This document shows positions 27,102 through 37,753 of a stretch of 64,000 nt of DNA, in pieces. Below the pieces are notes generated by a model. That model saw only the letters and a program-made list of their open reading frames with translations, searched no databases and was not told the DNA's origin. The position numbers and the translations under genes are program-made. The stretch lies in contig CAWHJL010000014.1 of assembly GCA_963829665.1 (NCBI GenBank), positions 34,981 through 98,980 of the forward strand, read 5' to 3'. Positions within the stretch are counted from its first letter, which is position 1; every line of letters starts with the position of its first letter. Source of the stretch: an uncultured Alphaproteobacteria bacterium. GTDB lineage: Bacteria; Pseudomonadota; Alphaproteobacteria; Rhodobacterales; Rhodobacteraceae.

Positions 27102-27290
27102 CTCGGAAGCGCACGGTTCGGCGGCTGGCGCAGGTCCGATCCCCCGGGCAGGCCGATCCCGTGATCCTCCCTTCGAGATCGCGAGCGCCTCGAAGAGCAG
27201 AAGCGGCCTGCCGTGGACAAAGGCGTCGATGCGGGCGGCGGCGAGCGAGATCGAACTCCCCGGCCAGCGCAGGCGACGACCGCGGGGGGG

Positions 27291-27389
27291 TCAGACGATC
27301 GCCATCCGGATCGCATAGGCGATGATTCCGAGAGCGGCGACGCTCGCCGCCCAGAGGGCGACGAACCACACGACCCGTCTGAGCCACAT
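27291..27389 (-). CDS. 32-aa single-TM protein coupled to cydB (DUF2474/CydX-like third subunit candidate)
   Basis: Its ATG overlaps the cydB stop (ATGA at 27387-27391). Sequence is MWLRRVVWFVALWAASVAALGIIAYAIRMAIV. Confidence 0.55.
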   Translation of the reverse strand: MWLRRVVWFVALWAASVAALGIIAYAIRMAIV

Positions 27390-28408
27390 CAATGGTAGCC
27401 TTCGCCGTGTCTGATCTTGCCGCGGAAGATGTAGTAGGCGAAGGCCGTGTAGCCGAGGATGATCGGCACGAGCACAATCGCACCGACGAACATGAAGAGC
27501 TGCGACTTGACCGGGCTCGCGGCCTCCGCGAGCGTCACGCTCGGCGGGATCACATAAGGCCACATCGACACCCCGAGGCCGATAAAGCAGAGGCCGAAGA
27601 GGCCGAGCGTGAGCACGAAGGGCATCCAGTCGTTCTTCTCGTCGAAGAGTTCCTTGGCCAGCAGGATCACGAAGCCGATCACCAGGACCGGGATCGGCGA
27701 GACTTCGAGAATTTGCGGCCAGGTCAGCCACCGCGAAAAGTATTCCTGCTCGAGGAACGGGGTCCACAGGCTCACGATGCCGATGAACCCCACTGTCGCG
27801 AAGCCCAGGATGCGCGCCTGCACGCGCGCCCGGTGGCGGACCTCGCCTTCCGTCTTCATGTTGAGCCAGCAGGCCCCGAGGAGGGCGTAGCCGACCACAA
27901 CTGCGATGCCGCAGACCAGCGAGAACGGCGTCAGCCAGTCCCACCAGCCGCCGCCATATTGCCGGCCGTCGACCTCGATGCCCTGCAGCAGCGCGCCCAG
28001 GATGATGCCTTGGCAGAGCGAGGCGACGGTGGAGCCGCCGATGAAGGCCCCGTCCCAGAACCGGTTCGCGAAGCCGCTCCGTGCCTTCCAGCGGAACTCG
28101 AACGCGACGCCCCGGAAGATCAACCCGAGGAGCATCGCAATGACGGGAGGATAGAGCGCCGGCATGATGATCGCGTAGGCGAGAGGAAACGCGGCGAAGA
28201 GGCCGCCGCCGCCAAGCACGAGCCAGGTCTCGTTGCCGTCCCAGACCGGAGCGACCGTGTTCATCAGCAGGTCGCGATCCTGCTTCTTCGGATAGAGCGG
28301 GTAGAGGATGCCGATTCCGAGATCGAAGCCGTCAAGCACCACGTAGACGTAGACGGCGAAGGCCAGCAGAAGCGCCCAGGCCATGGTGAGGTCGATGCTG
28401 ATGCCCAT
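27389..28408 (-). CDS. cydB: cytochrome bd-type quinol oxidase subunit II
   Basis: DGFDLGIGILYP and VAPVWDGNETWLVLGGG motifs. Confidence 0.9.
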   Translation of the reverse strand: MGISIDLTMAWALLLAFAVYVYVVLDGFDLGIGILYPLYPKKQDRDLLMNTVAPVWDGNETWLVLGGGGLFAAFPLAYAIIMPALYPPVIAMLLGLIFRGVAFEFRWKARSGFANRFWDGAFIGGSTVASLCQGIILGALLQGIEVDGRQYGGGWWDWLTPFSLVCGIAVVVGYALLGACWLNMKTEGEVRHRARVQARILGFATVGFIGIVSLWTPFLEQEYFSRWLTWPQILEVSPIPVLVIGFVILLAKELFDEKNDWMPFVLTLGLFGLCFIGLGVSMWPYVIPPSVTLAEAASPVKSQLFMFVGAIVLVPIILGYTAFAYYIFRGKIRHGEGYH

Positions 28409-28417
28409 TGCTTGATC

Positions 28418-29833
28418 CTACTCCGCCGGGGTTGCCGCTTCGGGGGGGCCGGGCGTGATGCCCGCCGTCCGGATCGGTCCGTCATCGCTGTCGGGAATTT
28501 CGGCGACGTCGGGCGGCCTCGCCATCAGTCGCCCGCAATAGAGGATGCCGGCGCCGAACACGGCGAAATATATCAGGATGAAGGCGATGAGCGAGGCTCC
28601 CACGGCGTCGGCGCCGAGGGGCGCGAGCGAATCGGCCGTCCTCAGTTCGCCGTAGACCGTCCAGGGCTGGCGGCCCACTTCGGTGGTGATCCAGCCCGCG
28701 ATGACGGCGACGAGGCCCGAAGGCGTCATGAGGAAGCAGGCCCGGTGCAGCCATCTGTCGTAGTAGAGCTCACCGCGCCAGCGCGACCAAAGCGACCAGA
28801 GGCCGACGGCCAGCATAAGCAGGCCGATGCCGACCATCACGCGAAAGCTCCAGAAGACGATGGCGACCGGCGGCTCCTCGCTGTCGGGAACCGTGTCGAG
28901 CCCCTCCATGGACGCGTTCCACCCCTTGCCGAGTATCGGCCCGCCGATTTTCGGAACGGAGACTTCGTAGCGCATCTCGCCCGCCTCCTGATCGGGGATG
29001 CCGAAAAGGATCAGCGGGATGCCGTTCTCGTGGGTCTCGAAATGTCCCTCCATCGCCAGCACCTTGGTCGGCTGGTATTCGTAGGTGTTCAGGCCCTGCT
29101 CGTGACCGAGCAGGATCTGCACCGGTGCGACGATCGCGGCCATCCACATCGCCATGGAGAACATCGTCTTAACGCCGGAATTGTACTGCCGTCCCTGCAG
29201 CAGATGCCACGCGCCGACGCCGCCGACGATGAAGGCGGTCGCCAGATAGGCGGCGGTGAGCGTGTGGGCGAGCCGGTAGGGGAAGGAGGGCGAGAAGATG
29301 ACCTCCAGCCAGTCCTCGGGCAGGAACTGGCCGTTGTCGGCCATGACGAACCCGGCCGGCGTATGCATCCAGCTGTTCACGCTCAGGATCCAGGTCGCCG
29401 AGATCGCCGTTCCGCCGGCAACCATCAGCGTGGCGGTCATATGGAGACCGGGCCCGACCTTGTCCCGGCCGAAGAGCATGATGCCGAGGAAGCCGGCCTC
29501 GAGGAAGAATGCCGTCAGGACCTCGTAGGCCATGAGCGGACCGATGACCGGCCCGGCCTTGTCCGAGAACTGCGACCAGTTGGTGCCGAACTGGTACGAC
29601 ATCACGATCCCCGACACGACGCCCATGGCGAAGGAGATCGCGAAGATCTTGACCCAGTAATTGAAGAGCCGCAGGTAGGCCCGGTCGCCGGTCTTCAGAT
29701 ATATGCCGTTGAGCACCGCCAGATAGCTGGCGAGACCGATCGAGAAGGCGGGAAAGATGAAATGGAAGGAAACGGTGAAGGCGAACTGGATGCGCGCGAG
29801 AACCAGGGCGTCAAGTCCGAGGAAGGTATCCAT
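28418..29833 (-). CDS. cydA: cytochrome bd-type quinol oxidase subunit I (short Q-loop, CioA-like length)
   Basis: ARIQFAFTVSFHFIFPAFSIGL, GWITTEVGRQPW. About 471 aa from the MDTFLG start. Confidence 0.9.
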   Translation of the reverse strand: MDTFLGLDALVLARIQFAFTVSFHFIFPAFSIGLASYLAVLNGIYLKTGDRAYLRLFNYWVKIFAISFAMGVVSGIVMSYQFGTNWSQFSDKAGPVIGPLMAYEVLTAFFLEAGFLGIMLFGRDKVGPGLHMTATLMVAGGTAISATWILSVNSWMHTPAGFVMADNGQFLPEDWLEVIFSPSFPYRLAHTLTAAYLATAFIVGGVGAWHLLQGRQYNSGVKTMFSMAMWMAAIVAPVQILLGHEQGLNTYEYQPTKVLAMEGHFETHENGIPLILFGIPDQEAGEMRYEVSVPKIGGPILGKGWNASMEGLDTVPDSEEPPVAIVFWSFRVMVGIGLLMLAVGLWSLWSRWRGELYYDRWLHRACFLMTPSGLVAVIAGWITTEVGRQPWTVYGELRTADSLAPLGADAVGASLIAFILIYFAVFGAGILYCGRLMARPPDVAEIPDSDDGPIRTAGITPGPPEAATPAE

Positions 29834-29932
29834 GGGCAGACCTTTCGAGTATCGCGACACACATAAAAACCGTGCCTCGATTGTCTATCCGTTGCGGGCG
29901 CAGTCTATTGTCGCAGAAACCTTCCCCCCCGT

Positions 29933-30502
29933 TCAGACCATCTTGGGATAGAGGACCACGCGGGCCCTCATGGGAACCTGATCATAGAGCATAACGATCT
30001 GGTCGTTCGTCAAGCCCGCGCAGCCATTGGAAACCGCGCGGCCGATCGTGCTGACATCGGAGGTGCCGTGGATGCGGAGATAGGTATCTCCGCGGCCCTC
30101 CTGAAAGAGGTAGAGGGCGCGCGCCCCGAGGGGGTTGTTGGGCCCGCCGGGCATCCCGTCCTCCTCGTACTGCGCGTATTTCTCCGGTTCCCGATCGATC
30201 ATGTCCGGCGTGGGCGTCCAGGAGGGCCATTCCTTCTTCGCGCCGACATAGTACTGCCCCGGCTCGTAGAGGCCGTCGCGCCCCACCCGGATTCCGTAGC
30301 GCCAGGCCTGACCCTGCGGCAGGGTCCAGAAAAGCTGGAAGTGATCCGGGAACACGTGCACCTCCCCCGCCGGCAGCGGATGGCGCAACGTGACAAGGGC
30401 CGGTTGCAGTTGGGGGGGGAGCGCCTGCGCCGCGACGGCACGGCCGACCAGGGCGCCGCCGAGCGCCGCAGCGCCGGCAGCCATCATGTCTCTACGGTTC
30501 AT
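29933..30502 (-). CDS. L,D-transpeptidase (YkuD domain) with Tat-type signal peptide
   Basis: MNRRDMMAAGAAALGG... signal. Catalytic RIHGT ... SNGCAGL motif. Confidence 0.85.
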   Translation of the reverse strand: MNRRDMMAAGAAALGGALVGRAVAAQALPPQLQPALVTLRHPLPAGEVHVFPDHFQLFWTLPQGQAWRYGIRVGRDGLYEPGQYYVGAKKEWPSWTPTPDMIDREPEKYAQYEEDGMPGGPNNPLGARALYLFQEGRGDTYLRIHGTSDVSTIGRAVSNGCAGLTNDQIVMLYDQVPMRARVVLYPKMV

Positions 30503-30611
30503 CTTTCTCTCGTCCTTCGAATTTCGTCCGCCTTGTAGCAAAACAAGGCGCGGCCGGCCTTATAGCTTCGCGATCCCCACAAAGAGTTTAACGGTGGGCA
30601 GATCGGAACGG

Positions 30612-30638
30612 AAAAAGGTCCGGCGCGACGGCCGGACC
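30612..30638 (-). terminator. rho-independent terminator of pnp
   Basis: On the minus strand: GGTCCGGC-cgtcgc-GCCGGACC followed by TTTTT, 24 bp after the pnp stop. Confidence 0.7.
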
Positions 30639-30661
30639 TTTCGGGCAGATGAGGAAGAGGC

Positions 30662-32794
30662 TCAGCCCTCCGCTTCTTCCCGCTGCACCTCCTGGCCGGT
30701 CTCCTGATCCACGACCTTCATGGACAGACGGACCTTGCCGCGGTCGTCGAAGCCAAGGAGCTTCACCCAGACCTCCTGGCCTTCCTGAAGCACGTCGGAG
30801 GGATGGTTGAGGCGTCGGCTCTCGATCTGGCTGACATGCACGAGCCCGTCGCGCTTGCCGAAGAAGTTCACGAAGGCGCCGAAATCGACGATCTTGACCA
30901 CCGTGCCCTTGTAGATCTTGCCTTCCTCGGGCTCGGCCACGATCGAGTAGATCATGTCGTAGGCCCGCTGGATGGCGTCGCCGTTGGCCGAGGCGATCTT
31001 GATGACGCCGTCGTCGTTGACATCCACCTTGGCGCCGGAGGTCTCCACGATCTCGCGGATGACCTTGCCGCCCGATCCGATGACCTCGCGGATCTTGTCC
31101 GTGGGGATCTGCATCGTCTCGATCCGCGGGGCGTGAACGGAGAATTCGGCGGTCTCGGAGAGCGCCTTGTTCATCTCGCCCAGGATGTGCATCCGGCCCT
31201 CCTTCGCCTGGGTCAGGGCCTTCTGCATGATCTCGGGCGTGATGCCGGCGACCTTGATGTCCATCTGCAGCGAGGTGATGCCGTTCTCCGTCCCGGCGAC
31301 CTTGAAGTCCATGTCACCCAGATGGTCCTCGTCGCCGAGAATGTCGGTCAAGATCGCGTACGATCCGTCTTCCTCGAGGATCAGGCCCATGGCGACGCCG
31401 GCCACCGGCGCTTTCAGCGGAACCCCGGCATCCATCATGCTGAGCGAGCCGCCGCAGACCGACGCCATCGAGGACGATCCGTTCGACTCGGTGATCTCGG
31501 AGACGACACGGATCGTGTAGGGGAAGTCCGTCGGTGCCGGCAGCACCGCCTGAAGCGCCCGCCAGGCGAGCTTTCCGTGGCCGATCTCGCGCCGTCCCGG
31601 AGGACCGACGCGGCCCACCTCCCCGACCGAGTAGGGGGGGAAGTTGTAGTGCAGCAGGAAGTTGGAGCGGTAGGTGCCCTGCAGCGCGTCGATCATCTGC
31701 TCGTCATCGCCGGTGCCGAGCGTGGTGACGACGAGGCCCTGCGTTTCGCCGCGCGTGAAGAGCGCCGATCCGTGGGTCCGGGGCAGGAAGCCGGTCTCGG
31801 CCTCGATGGGGCGCACCTCGGCCGTGGTGCGACCGTCGATGCGCTTGCCGCCCTTCACTACGTCGCCGCGCAGGATCGAGGATTCCAGCTTCTTGAAGGC
31901 GGAGCCGAGATTCGGATCGAGCTGCTCCTCCTCGTCCAGCCGGGTGATCACCTCGGCGCGGGCATCGGCAATGGCCGTGGTGCGCTCCTGCTTGTCGGTG
32001 ACCGCGAAGGCGGCGCGCATCTTGTCCTCGCCGAGGCCCCTTACCTTTTGGTAGAGCGCGGAATAGTCCGGCGGCGTGAAGTCGAAGGGCTCTTTTGCGG
32101 CGTCTTCGGCCAGGTCGATGATCAGGTCGATCACGGGCTGGATCTGCTCGTGGGCGAAGTTGACCGCGCCCAGCATCTCCTCCTCGGAAAGCTCGTACGC
32201 CTCCAATTCGACCATCATCACGGCGTCCTTGGTGCCCGCAACGACGAGATCGAGCCTCTGCTCCGGGTTGGCGCGGAGATTGTGCATGTCATCGATTTCG
32301 GGGTTCAGGACGTACTCGCCGCCCTCGAAGCCCACGCGGCAGCCGGCGATCGGCCCCATGAAGGGCGCCCCCGACAGCGTCAGCGCGGCGGAGGCGGCGA
32401 TCATCGCGACCATGTCGGGATCGTTGACGAGGTCGTGGCTGAGCACGGTGCACATGACCAGGACTTCGTTCTTGAAGCCGGGCACGAAGAGCGGGCGGAT
32501 CGGTCGGTCGATCAGGCGGGAGGTCAGCGTCTCCTTCTCGGTGGGACGGGCCTCGCGCTTGAAGAAGCCGCCGGGGACCTTGCCGGCGGCGTAGTATTTC
32601 TCATTGTAGTGGACGGTCAGCGGAAAGAAGTCCTGTCCGGGCTTCTGCTGGCGCGCGAAGGTCACGTTGGCCATCACACTGGTCTCTCCCAGCGTTGCGA
32701 TGACCGAGCCGTCGGCCTGGCGCGCGACCTTGCCGGTCTCCAGCGTCAGGGTCTCCTCGCCCCATTGAATCTCTTTTTTCGTCACGTTGAACAT
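30662..32794 (-). CDS. pnp: polyribonucleotide nucleotidyltransferase (PNPase)
   Basis: Full-length match to the PNPase layout: two RNase PH domains, then KH ([11 protein letters not shown]), then S1 ([18 protein letters not shown]). Confidence 0.97.
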   Translation of the reverse strand: MFNVTKKEIQWGEETLTLETGKVARQADGSVIATLGETSVMANVTFARQQKPGQDFFPLTVHYNEKYYAAGKVPGGFFKREARPTEKETLTSRLIDRPIRPLFVPGFKNEVLVMCTVLSHDLVNDPDMVAMIAASAALTLSGAPFMGPIAGCRVGFEGGEYVLNPEIDDMHNLRANPEQRLDLVVAGTKDAVMMVELEAYELSEEEMLGAVNFAHEQIQPVIDLIIDLAEDAAKEPFDFTPPDYSALYQKVRGLGEDKMRAAFAVTDKQERTTAIADARAEVITRLDEEEQLDPNLGSAFKKLESSILRGDVVKGGKRIDGRTTAEVRPIEAETGFLPRTHGSALFTRGETQGLVVTTLGTGDDEQMIDALQGTYRSNFLLHYNFPPYSVGEVGRVGPPGRREIGHGKLAWRALQAVLPAPTDFPYTIRVVSEITESNGSSSMASVCGGSLSMMDAGVPLKAPVAGVAMGLILEEDGSYAILTDILGDEDHLGDMDFKVAGTENGITSLQMDIKVAGITPEIMQKALTQAKEGRMHILGEMNKALSETAEFSVHAPRIETMQIPTDKIREVIGSGGKVIREIVETSGAKVDVNDDGVIKIASANGDAIQRAYDMIYSIVAEPEEGKIYKGTVVKIVDFGAFVNFFGKRDGLVHVSQIESRRLNHPSDVLQEGQEVWVKLLGFDDRGKVRLSMKVVDQETGQEVQREEAEG

Positions 32795-33024
32795 CGTCGT
32801 ATCCTATCTGGGCCGACCGGAGCCCTCCCCGGCGGTCCGTTTGCATGGCGACCGTATTGCCGCCGACCCCATCATCATCCCATGCGCCGGGGTCCGGGCG
32901 TCACGTCTCAGATGGAGCGCCCATACAGGAAACGGCCCGGACTGGCCAGCGAAGGCGCCCGAAGCTGGCCGACTGCGGCGCTCCGGCGCACGACCGCGTG
33001 AGGTCCCGCCCGAAATGGCGCGGC

Positions 33025-34194
33025 TCAGATGGGAACGGTCCCTTCGCACACCGACCAGCGAAGGTTCTTCCGGGAGAGATCCCGCACCGACATGCAGCCC
33101 ATCAGCCGCATGTCGCGCTCGATCTCGGCCCTGAGCAGCTCGAGCGCGCGATCGACGCCGGGCCCGCCGGCCGCGGCCAACGGGAAGAGGTAGTAGCGCC
33201 CCAGACCGACCGCCTTGGCGCCGAGCGAGAGCGCCTTCAGCACGTGCGTGCCGCGCTGCACGCCGCTGTCCATCATCACGTCGATCCGGTCGCCGACCGC
33301 ATCGACGATCTCGGCCAGCTGGTCGAAGGGCGTGCGGGAGCCGTCGAGCTGGCGCCCGCCATGGTTCGACAGGACGATGCCGGTACAGCCGATCTCGACG
33401 GCGCGGCGGGCGTCCTCCACGGTCATCACGCCCTTCAGGCAGAACTGGCCGTCCCAGAGCCGAACCATCTCGGCGACGTCGTCCCAATCCATCGCCGGAT
33501 CGAGCATCTCGGTGAAATACTTGCCGATGGACATGGCGCCGCCGCCCATATCCACGTGGCGATCGAGCTGCGGCAGGCTGAAAGCCTCATGTCTCAAGTA
33601 GTCGATCGCCCATCTTGGCTTCGTGGCGAACTGCCAGATTCCCTTCGCGTTCAATCGGAACGGGATCGAGAAGCCGGTGCGGAGATCGCGTTCCCGGTTG
33701 CCGCCGGTGATCGAATCGACCGTCAGCATCATGACCTCGACCCCGGCCTCCTTCGCCCGCTCCATCATGGCGCGATTGAGGCCGCGATCCTTGTGGAAGT
33801 AGAACTGGTAGATCTGCGGATTGTCGTAGGTCCGGCGCGTTTCCTCCAGACTGACCGTGCCGAGCGAGGAGACACCGAACATCGTGCCGTGCTTCGCCGC
33901 CGCCGCGGCCACGGCGCGTTCGCCCTCGTGGTGGAAGAGTCGCTGCAGCGCGGTCGGCGAGCAGTAGACGGGGAGGGCGAGTTTCTGGCCCATGACCTCG
34001 ACGGAGAGATCGATCTCTTCCACGCCCCTCAGAACGCTCGGCAGCAGATCGCACCGCTCGAACGCGGCCGTGTTCCGGCGCATCGTGACTTCGTCGTCGG
34101 CACCGCCGTCGATGTAGTTGAAGATCGGCCCGGGGAGTCGCTGTCGTGCGAGTGCCCGGAAATCGTGGAAATTGGCGCACTGGTTCAGTCGCAT
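33025..34194 (-). CDS. lldD: FMN-dependent alpha-hydroxy acid dehydrogenase (L-lactate dehydrogenase-like)
   Basis: Start at MRLNQCANFHDF. Motifs GPIFNYIDGGADDE, SNHGGRQLD, DSGVQRGTHVLKALSLGA. Confidence 0.85.
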   Translation of the reverse strand: MRLNQCANFHDFRALARQRLPGPIFNYIDGGADDEVTMRRNTAAFERCDLLPSVLRGVEEIDLSVEVMGQKLALPVYCSPTALQRLFHHEGERAVAAAAAKHGTMFGVSSLGTVSLEETRRTYDNPQIYQFYFHKDRGLNRAMMERAKEAGVEVMMLTVDSITGGNRERDLRTGFSIPFRLNAKGIWQFATKPRWAIDYLRHEAFSLPQLDRHVDMGGGAMSIGKYFTEMLDPAMDWDDVAEMVRLWDGQFCLKGVMTVEDARRAVEIGCTGIVLSNHGGRQLDGSRTPFDQLAEIVDAVGDRIDVMMDSGVQRGTHVLKALSLGAKAVGLGRYYLFPLAAAGGPGVDRALELLRAEIERDMRLMGCMSVRDLSRKNLRWSVCEGTVPI

Positions 34195-34237
34195 GGGATT
34201 CTCGCCTCGATAGTGAATGTGCGCGATATTCCTATGG

Positions 34238-35092
34238 TCATGCGCGCCGCACGTATTGTGTCTGGACACCGAGACCGTCGATTCCGAGACGCATGGTCTC
34301 GCCGCCGCGAAGGAACGTCTGCGGCGTTCGCCCCATGCCCACGCCCGGCGGCGTGCCGGTGGAGATGATGTCGCCCGGTTGCAGCCGCATGAACCGGCTG
34401 CAATAGGCGACGAGGAACGGCACGCTGAAGATCATGCTGGCCGTGGAGCCGTCCTGCCGTCGGACCCCATCCACATCCAGCCAGAGGGAGAGCGCAGCAA
34501 GGTCGCCGATCTCGTCGCGCGTGACGAGCCAGGGTCCCACCGGCCCGAACGTGTCGCACCCCTTGCCCTTGTCCCAGGTGCCGCCGCGATCGAGCTGGTA
34601 CTCTCGCTCGGAGACATCGTTGACGACGCAATAGCCCGCCACGTGTCCGAGCGCGTCCGCCTCGTCGACATAGGCCGCCTCTTCGCCGATCACCACGCCG
34701 AGCTCGACCTCCCAGTCGGTCTTCCGGGAGCCCCGTGGCAGCACCACGTCGTCGTCCGGTCCCGAAATCGCCGATGTCCATTTTCCGAAGATCACGGGCT
34801 CCGGGGGGATCGGGCTGCCGGTTTCGGCGGCATGATCGGCGTAGTTGAGGCCGATGCAGACGAACTTGCCCGTGCCGCCAACGCAGGGTCCGAGCCTGAG
34901 TGTCTCCTGCGGCCGGTCGTCGAGGACCGGCAGGCGCTCGATCTCGAGCTCGCGCAGGGCGTCGAGCCCGCGTTCCGACAGGGTCTCGCCGGCGATGTCC
35001 AGAACGCGATCGGACAGATCCCGAACGTAGCCGTCCGAGCCGATGATCCCGGGTTTCTCGGCTCCGGGCGTGCCGTATCGCACGAGCTTCAT
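34238..35092 (-). CDS. fumarylacetoacetate hydrolase (FAH) family protein
   Basis: KFVCIGLNYADHAAE, TDWEVELGVVIG, GDIISTGTPPGVG. Confidence 0.85.
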   Translation of the reverse strand: MKLVRYGTPGAEKPGIIGSDGYVRDLSDRVLDIAGETLSERGLDALRELEIERLPVLDDRPQETLRLGPCVGGTGKFVCIGLNYADHAAETGSPIPPEPVIFGKWTSAISGPDDDVVLPRGSRKTDWEVELGVVIGEEAAYVDEADALGHVAGYCVVNDVSEREYQLDRGGTWDKGKGCDTFGPVGPWLVTRDEIGDLAALSLWLDVDGVRRQDGSTASMIFSVPFLVAYCSRFMRLQPGDIISTGTPPGVGMGRTPQTFLRGGETMRLGIDGLGVQTQYVRRA

Positions 35093-35208
35093 CCGGTTCC
35101 TCCGTTAGGACCGATCCCCCGGTGACCTAGCGGGCCGTCGGCTGCGGGAAATGGCCGGGGCAGGCGGGAGCGGCGCGATTCCGCGGGCCCGGTCCTCCTC
35201 CCCGTGGA

Positions 35209-36228
35209 TTACAGGTCGGAATACAGTCCCGCATAGATCGGTTCGAGCGTTTCCGGTTCGAAGAGCGAGCTCACGGATGTGCCGTTCCAGATATTCACGA
35301 TCGCCTGCGCGAGCATCGGCGCGATGGGGACGATCCGGATCGTGTCGCATTGGCGGACCGCTTCGGTCGGTTCGATCGAATCGGTGATCACCAGGCTCTT
35401 CATCACTGACTCGCCGATCCGTTTCACGGCCGGCCCCGAGAGCACCCCGTGGGAGATATAGGCATGGACCTCCGCGGCCCCGCCCTCGATCAGGGTCTCC
35501 GCCGCCTTGCAGAGCGTGCCGGCGGTGTCGCAGATGTCGTCGATGATGATGCAGGTCTTGTCGGTCACGTCGCCGATGATCGTCATCTCCGCCACCTCGC
35601 CGGCCTTCTCCCGACGCTTGTCGACGATCGCCAGGGGCGCATTGATGCGCTTGGCGAGTTCGCGCGCGCGGCCGACCCCCCCCACATCCGGCGACACGAC
35701 CATGACCTCGTCCATCCGTCCCTTGAACGCCGTGCGGATGTCGAGGGCGAAGACCGGGGAGGCGTAGAGGTTGTCCACCGGGATGTCGAAGAAGCCTTGG
35801 ATCTGCGCCGCGTGCAGGTCCATCGTCAGCACCCGCTCGATACCCGCTTCGGTCAGCATGTTGGCGATGAGCTTGGCGGTGATCGGCGTCCGGGCCTTCG
35901 TCCGCCTGTCCTGCCGCGCGTAGCCGAAATAGGGGATCACCGCCGTGATGCGACTTGCCGAGGATCGTCGCAGCGCATCCGAGATGATCAGAAGCTCCAT
36001 GAGGTTGTCGTTGGCCGGGTTCGAGGTGGGCTGGATGACGAACATGTCCTCCCCGCGCACGTTCTCGTAGACCTCCACGAAGATCTCGGCATCATTGAAC
36101 CGCTCCACCCGGGCGTCGACGAGACCGACGCTGACGCCGCGGTGATCCGACATGCGATCGGCAATGGCCTCTGCGAGCGCCAGGTTCGCGGTCCCGGAGA
36201 TGAGTTTCGGCTCGGAGGTGGTTGGCAT
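35209..36228 (-). CDS. prs: ribose-phosphate pyrophosphokinase
   Basis: [22 protein letters not shown] and [16 protein letters not shown]-binding motifs. Confidence 0.95.
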   Translation of the reverse strand: MPTTSEPKLISGTANLALAEAIADRMSDHRGVSVGLVDARVERFNDAEIFVEVYENVRGEDMFVIQPTSNPANDNLMELLIISDALRRSSASRITAVIPYFGYARQDRRTKARTPITAKLIANMLTEAGIERVLTMDLHAAQIQGFFDIPVDNLYASPVFALDIRTAFKGRMDEVMVVSPDVGGVGRARELAKRINAPLAIVDKRREKAGEVAEMTIIGDVTDKTCIIIDDICDTAGTLCKAAETLIEGGAAEVHAYISHGVLSGPAVKRIGESVMKSLVITDSIEPTEAVRQCDTIRIVPIAPMLAQAIVNIWNGTSVSSLFEPETLEPIYAGLYSDL

Positions 36229-36338
36229 TCGGTCGTCCTTGGAGCTTTCTGCGGGTCCCGGCGCGGATTCGGCGCGTTGACTTCGCCATACACGGCGATA
36301 GCTGACGCGGAAACCTGAACGCCGGTCGAGGAGTGCAG

Positions 36339-36938
36339 ATGGCTCGGATCGACTATTTCTTCGCCGTCATTTCTCCCTACACCTACCTCGCCGGAACGCG
36401 GCTGGAGGAGATCGGTGCCCGTCACGGTGCCGAAATCCGCTACCGGCCGCTGGACGTGGCGCAGCTGTTCTCGCGGACGGGCGGCGTGCCGGTGCAGGAG
36501 CGTCATCCGAACCGGCAGGCCTACCGCCGCCAGGATCTCGCGCGGCTCGCGAAGATGGCCGGATTGCCGTTCAATCTCGATCCGGTTCACTGGCCGACGA
36601 ACCCGGCGCCGTCGTCGTTCGCGATCATTGCGGCGCAGGAGCGTGGAGGGGGCGACATGGCCGCTCTCGTTCACGGTCTCTGCCGCGCCTGCTGGGCCGA
36701 GGAAAGGGACGTTTCGGACGACCGGACCATCTCCGAGGCGCTCGAGGCGGCGGGGTTCGATCCTGCGATCGCCGCCACCGCGATGTTCGACGGTGCCGAG
36801 GCATACGGACGGAATCTCGACGATGCGGTCGCCGCGGGCGCCTTCGGGGCGCCGTTCTACGTCACCGACGACGGCGAGCGGTTCTGGGGGCAGGACCGTC
36901 TCCCGCATCTCGACCGGCATTTGGGCTCGGGCCGCTGA
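36339..36938 (+). CDS. 2-hydroxychromene-2-carboxylate isomerase family (DsbA-like) protein
   Basis: GAGGAG RBS with ATG at 36339. [15 protein letters not shown] ... GAFGAPFYV ... ERFWGQDRL. Confidence 0.8.
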   Translation: MARIDYFFAVISPYTYLAGTRLEEIGARHGAEIRYRPLDVAQLFSRTGGVPVQERHPNRQAYRRQDLARLAKMAGLPFNLDPVHWPTNPAPSSFAIIAAQERGGGDMAALVHGLCRACWAEERDVSDDRTISEALEAAGFDPAIAATAMFDGAEAYGRNLDDAVAAGAFGAPFYVTDDGERFWGQDRLPHLDRHLGSGR

Positions 36939-37753
36939 TGCGGATTGCGAGGCGGGCGGGCCTGTCCATCGCATGGCGGACCCGCGGCCGCGGCCCGCGG
37001 CCGGCGCTCTTCATCCATTGCACGCTCGCCTCGTCCAGATCGCTCGTGCCCCTCATGGAGGATCTCGGGGGCGAGATGACGAGCGATGCGTTCGATCTTC
37101 CGGGCCATGGCGCGAGCGCCGACTGGACCGGGCCCGGTGATTACCTGGCCCGGTCGAAGGATGTGGCCCGGTCCTTCATCGAGACACCGATCGACATCGT
37201 CGGCCATTCCTTCGGGGCCGTCGCCGCGCTTTCGCTGATGGTGCGGCATCCCGAACTCATCCGGCGCGCGGTCCTCATCGAACCGGTCCTCTTCGCCGCC
37301 GCGCGCGGGTCCGGTCCGCATGATCGCCACGTCGCGGCGCATCGGAACGTGCTCGCCGCCCTCGCCGCCGGCGATCGGGAGGCCGCGGCCGCCCGGTTCA
37401 CGGCAATGTGGGGAACGGGTCCTGCATGGCCGGAAATGTCGGCCGGCCACCGGGAGGCGATGGCCTCCCGCATCCATCTCTTGCAGGATGCCGGCCCCGG
37501 CCTCGGGGAGGACAGCACCGGCATTCTGCTTCCGGGGCGACTGGAACGGGTCGGCGCGCCCGTTCTCCTCGTGCGGGGCACGGAGACACATCCGGTCATC
37601 CCTGCGATCCTCGATGCCCTCTCGGCGCGCCTGCCCGATGCGGAGCAGGCGATCGTGCCTAGTGCCGGCCACATGGCGCCGATCACGCATGTCGCGGCCG
37701 TCTCGAATCTCGTCCGTGGGCATGCGGGAGCCCGGCCGCGGACCGAGACCTAG
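36938..37753 (+). CDS. alpha/beta hydrolase
   Basis: TGATG overlap with the upstream gene. GHSFGA nucleophile elbow and a C-terminal GH motif. Confidence 0.75.
   Translation: MRIARRAGLSIAWRTRGRGPRPALFIHCTLASSRSLVPLMEDLGGEMTSDAFDLPGHGASADWTGPGDYLARSKDVARSFIETPIDIVGHSFGAVAALSLMVRHPELIRRAVLIEPVLFAAARGSGPHDRHVAAHRNVLAALAAGDREAAAARFTAMWGTGPAWPEMSAGHREAMASRIHLLQDAGPGLGEDSTGILLPGRLERVGAPVLLVRGTETHPVIPAILDALSARLPDAEQAIVPSAGHMAPITHVAAVSNLVRGHAGARPRTET

Noticed and set aside
27102-27290. 189-bp spacer downstream of the small cyd ORF. It contains protein-like minus-strand snippets (for example RIDAFVHGRPLLLFEALAISKGG) and an inverted repeat CTTCGAG-N11-CTCGAAG.
   Set aside because: There is no start codon or sustained frame, and the stretch is too short to assign. 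It is treated as non-coding and may be a gene remnant or weak terminator.
27392-29866. 824-aa plus-strand ORF
   Set aside because: It is antisense to cydB and cydA, which carry unambiguous cytochrome bd motifs. It has shadow-ORF composition.
29880-29912. Permuted short repeats ATTGTCTAT / TCTATTGTC upstream of cydA, considered as an FNR-type or other regulator site
   Set aside because: There is no match to the TTGAT-N4-ATCAA FNR consensus, and the repeat phasing is ambiguous. There is too little information to call a site.
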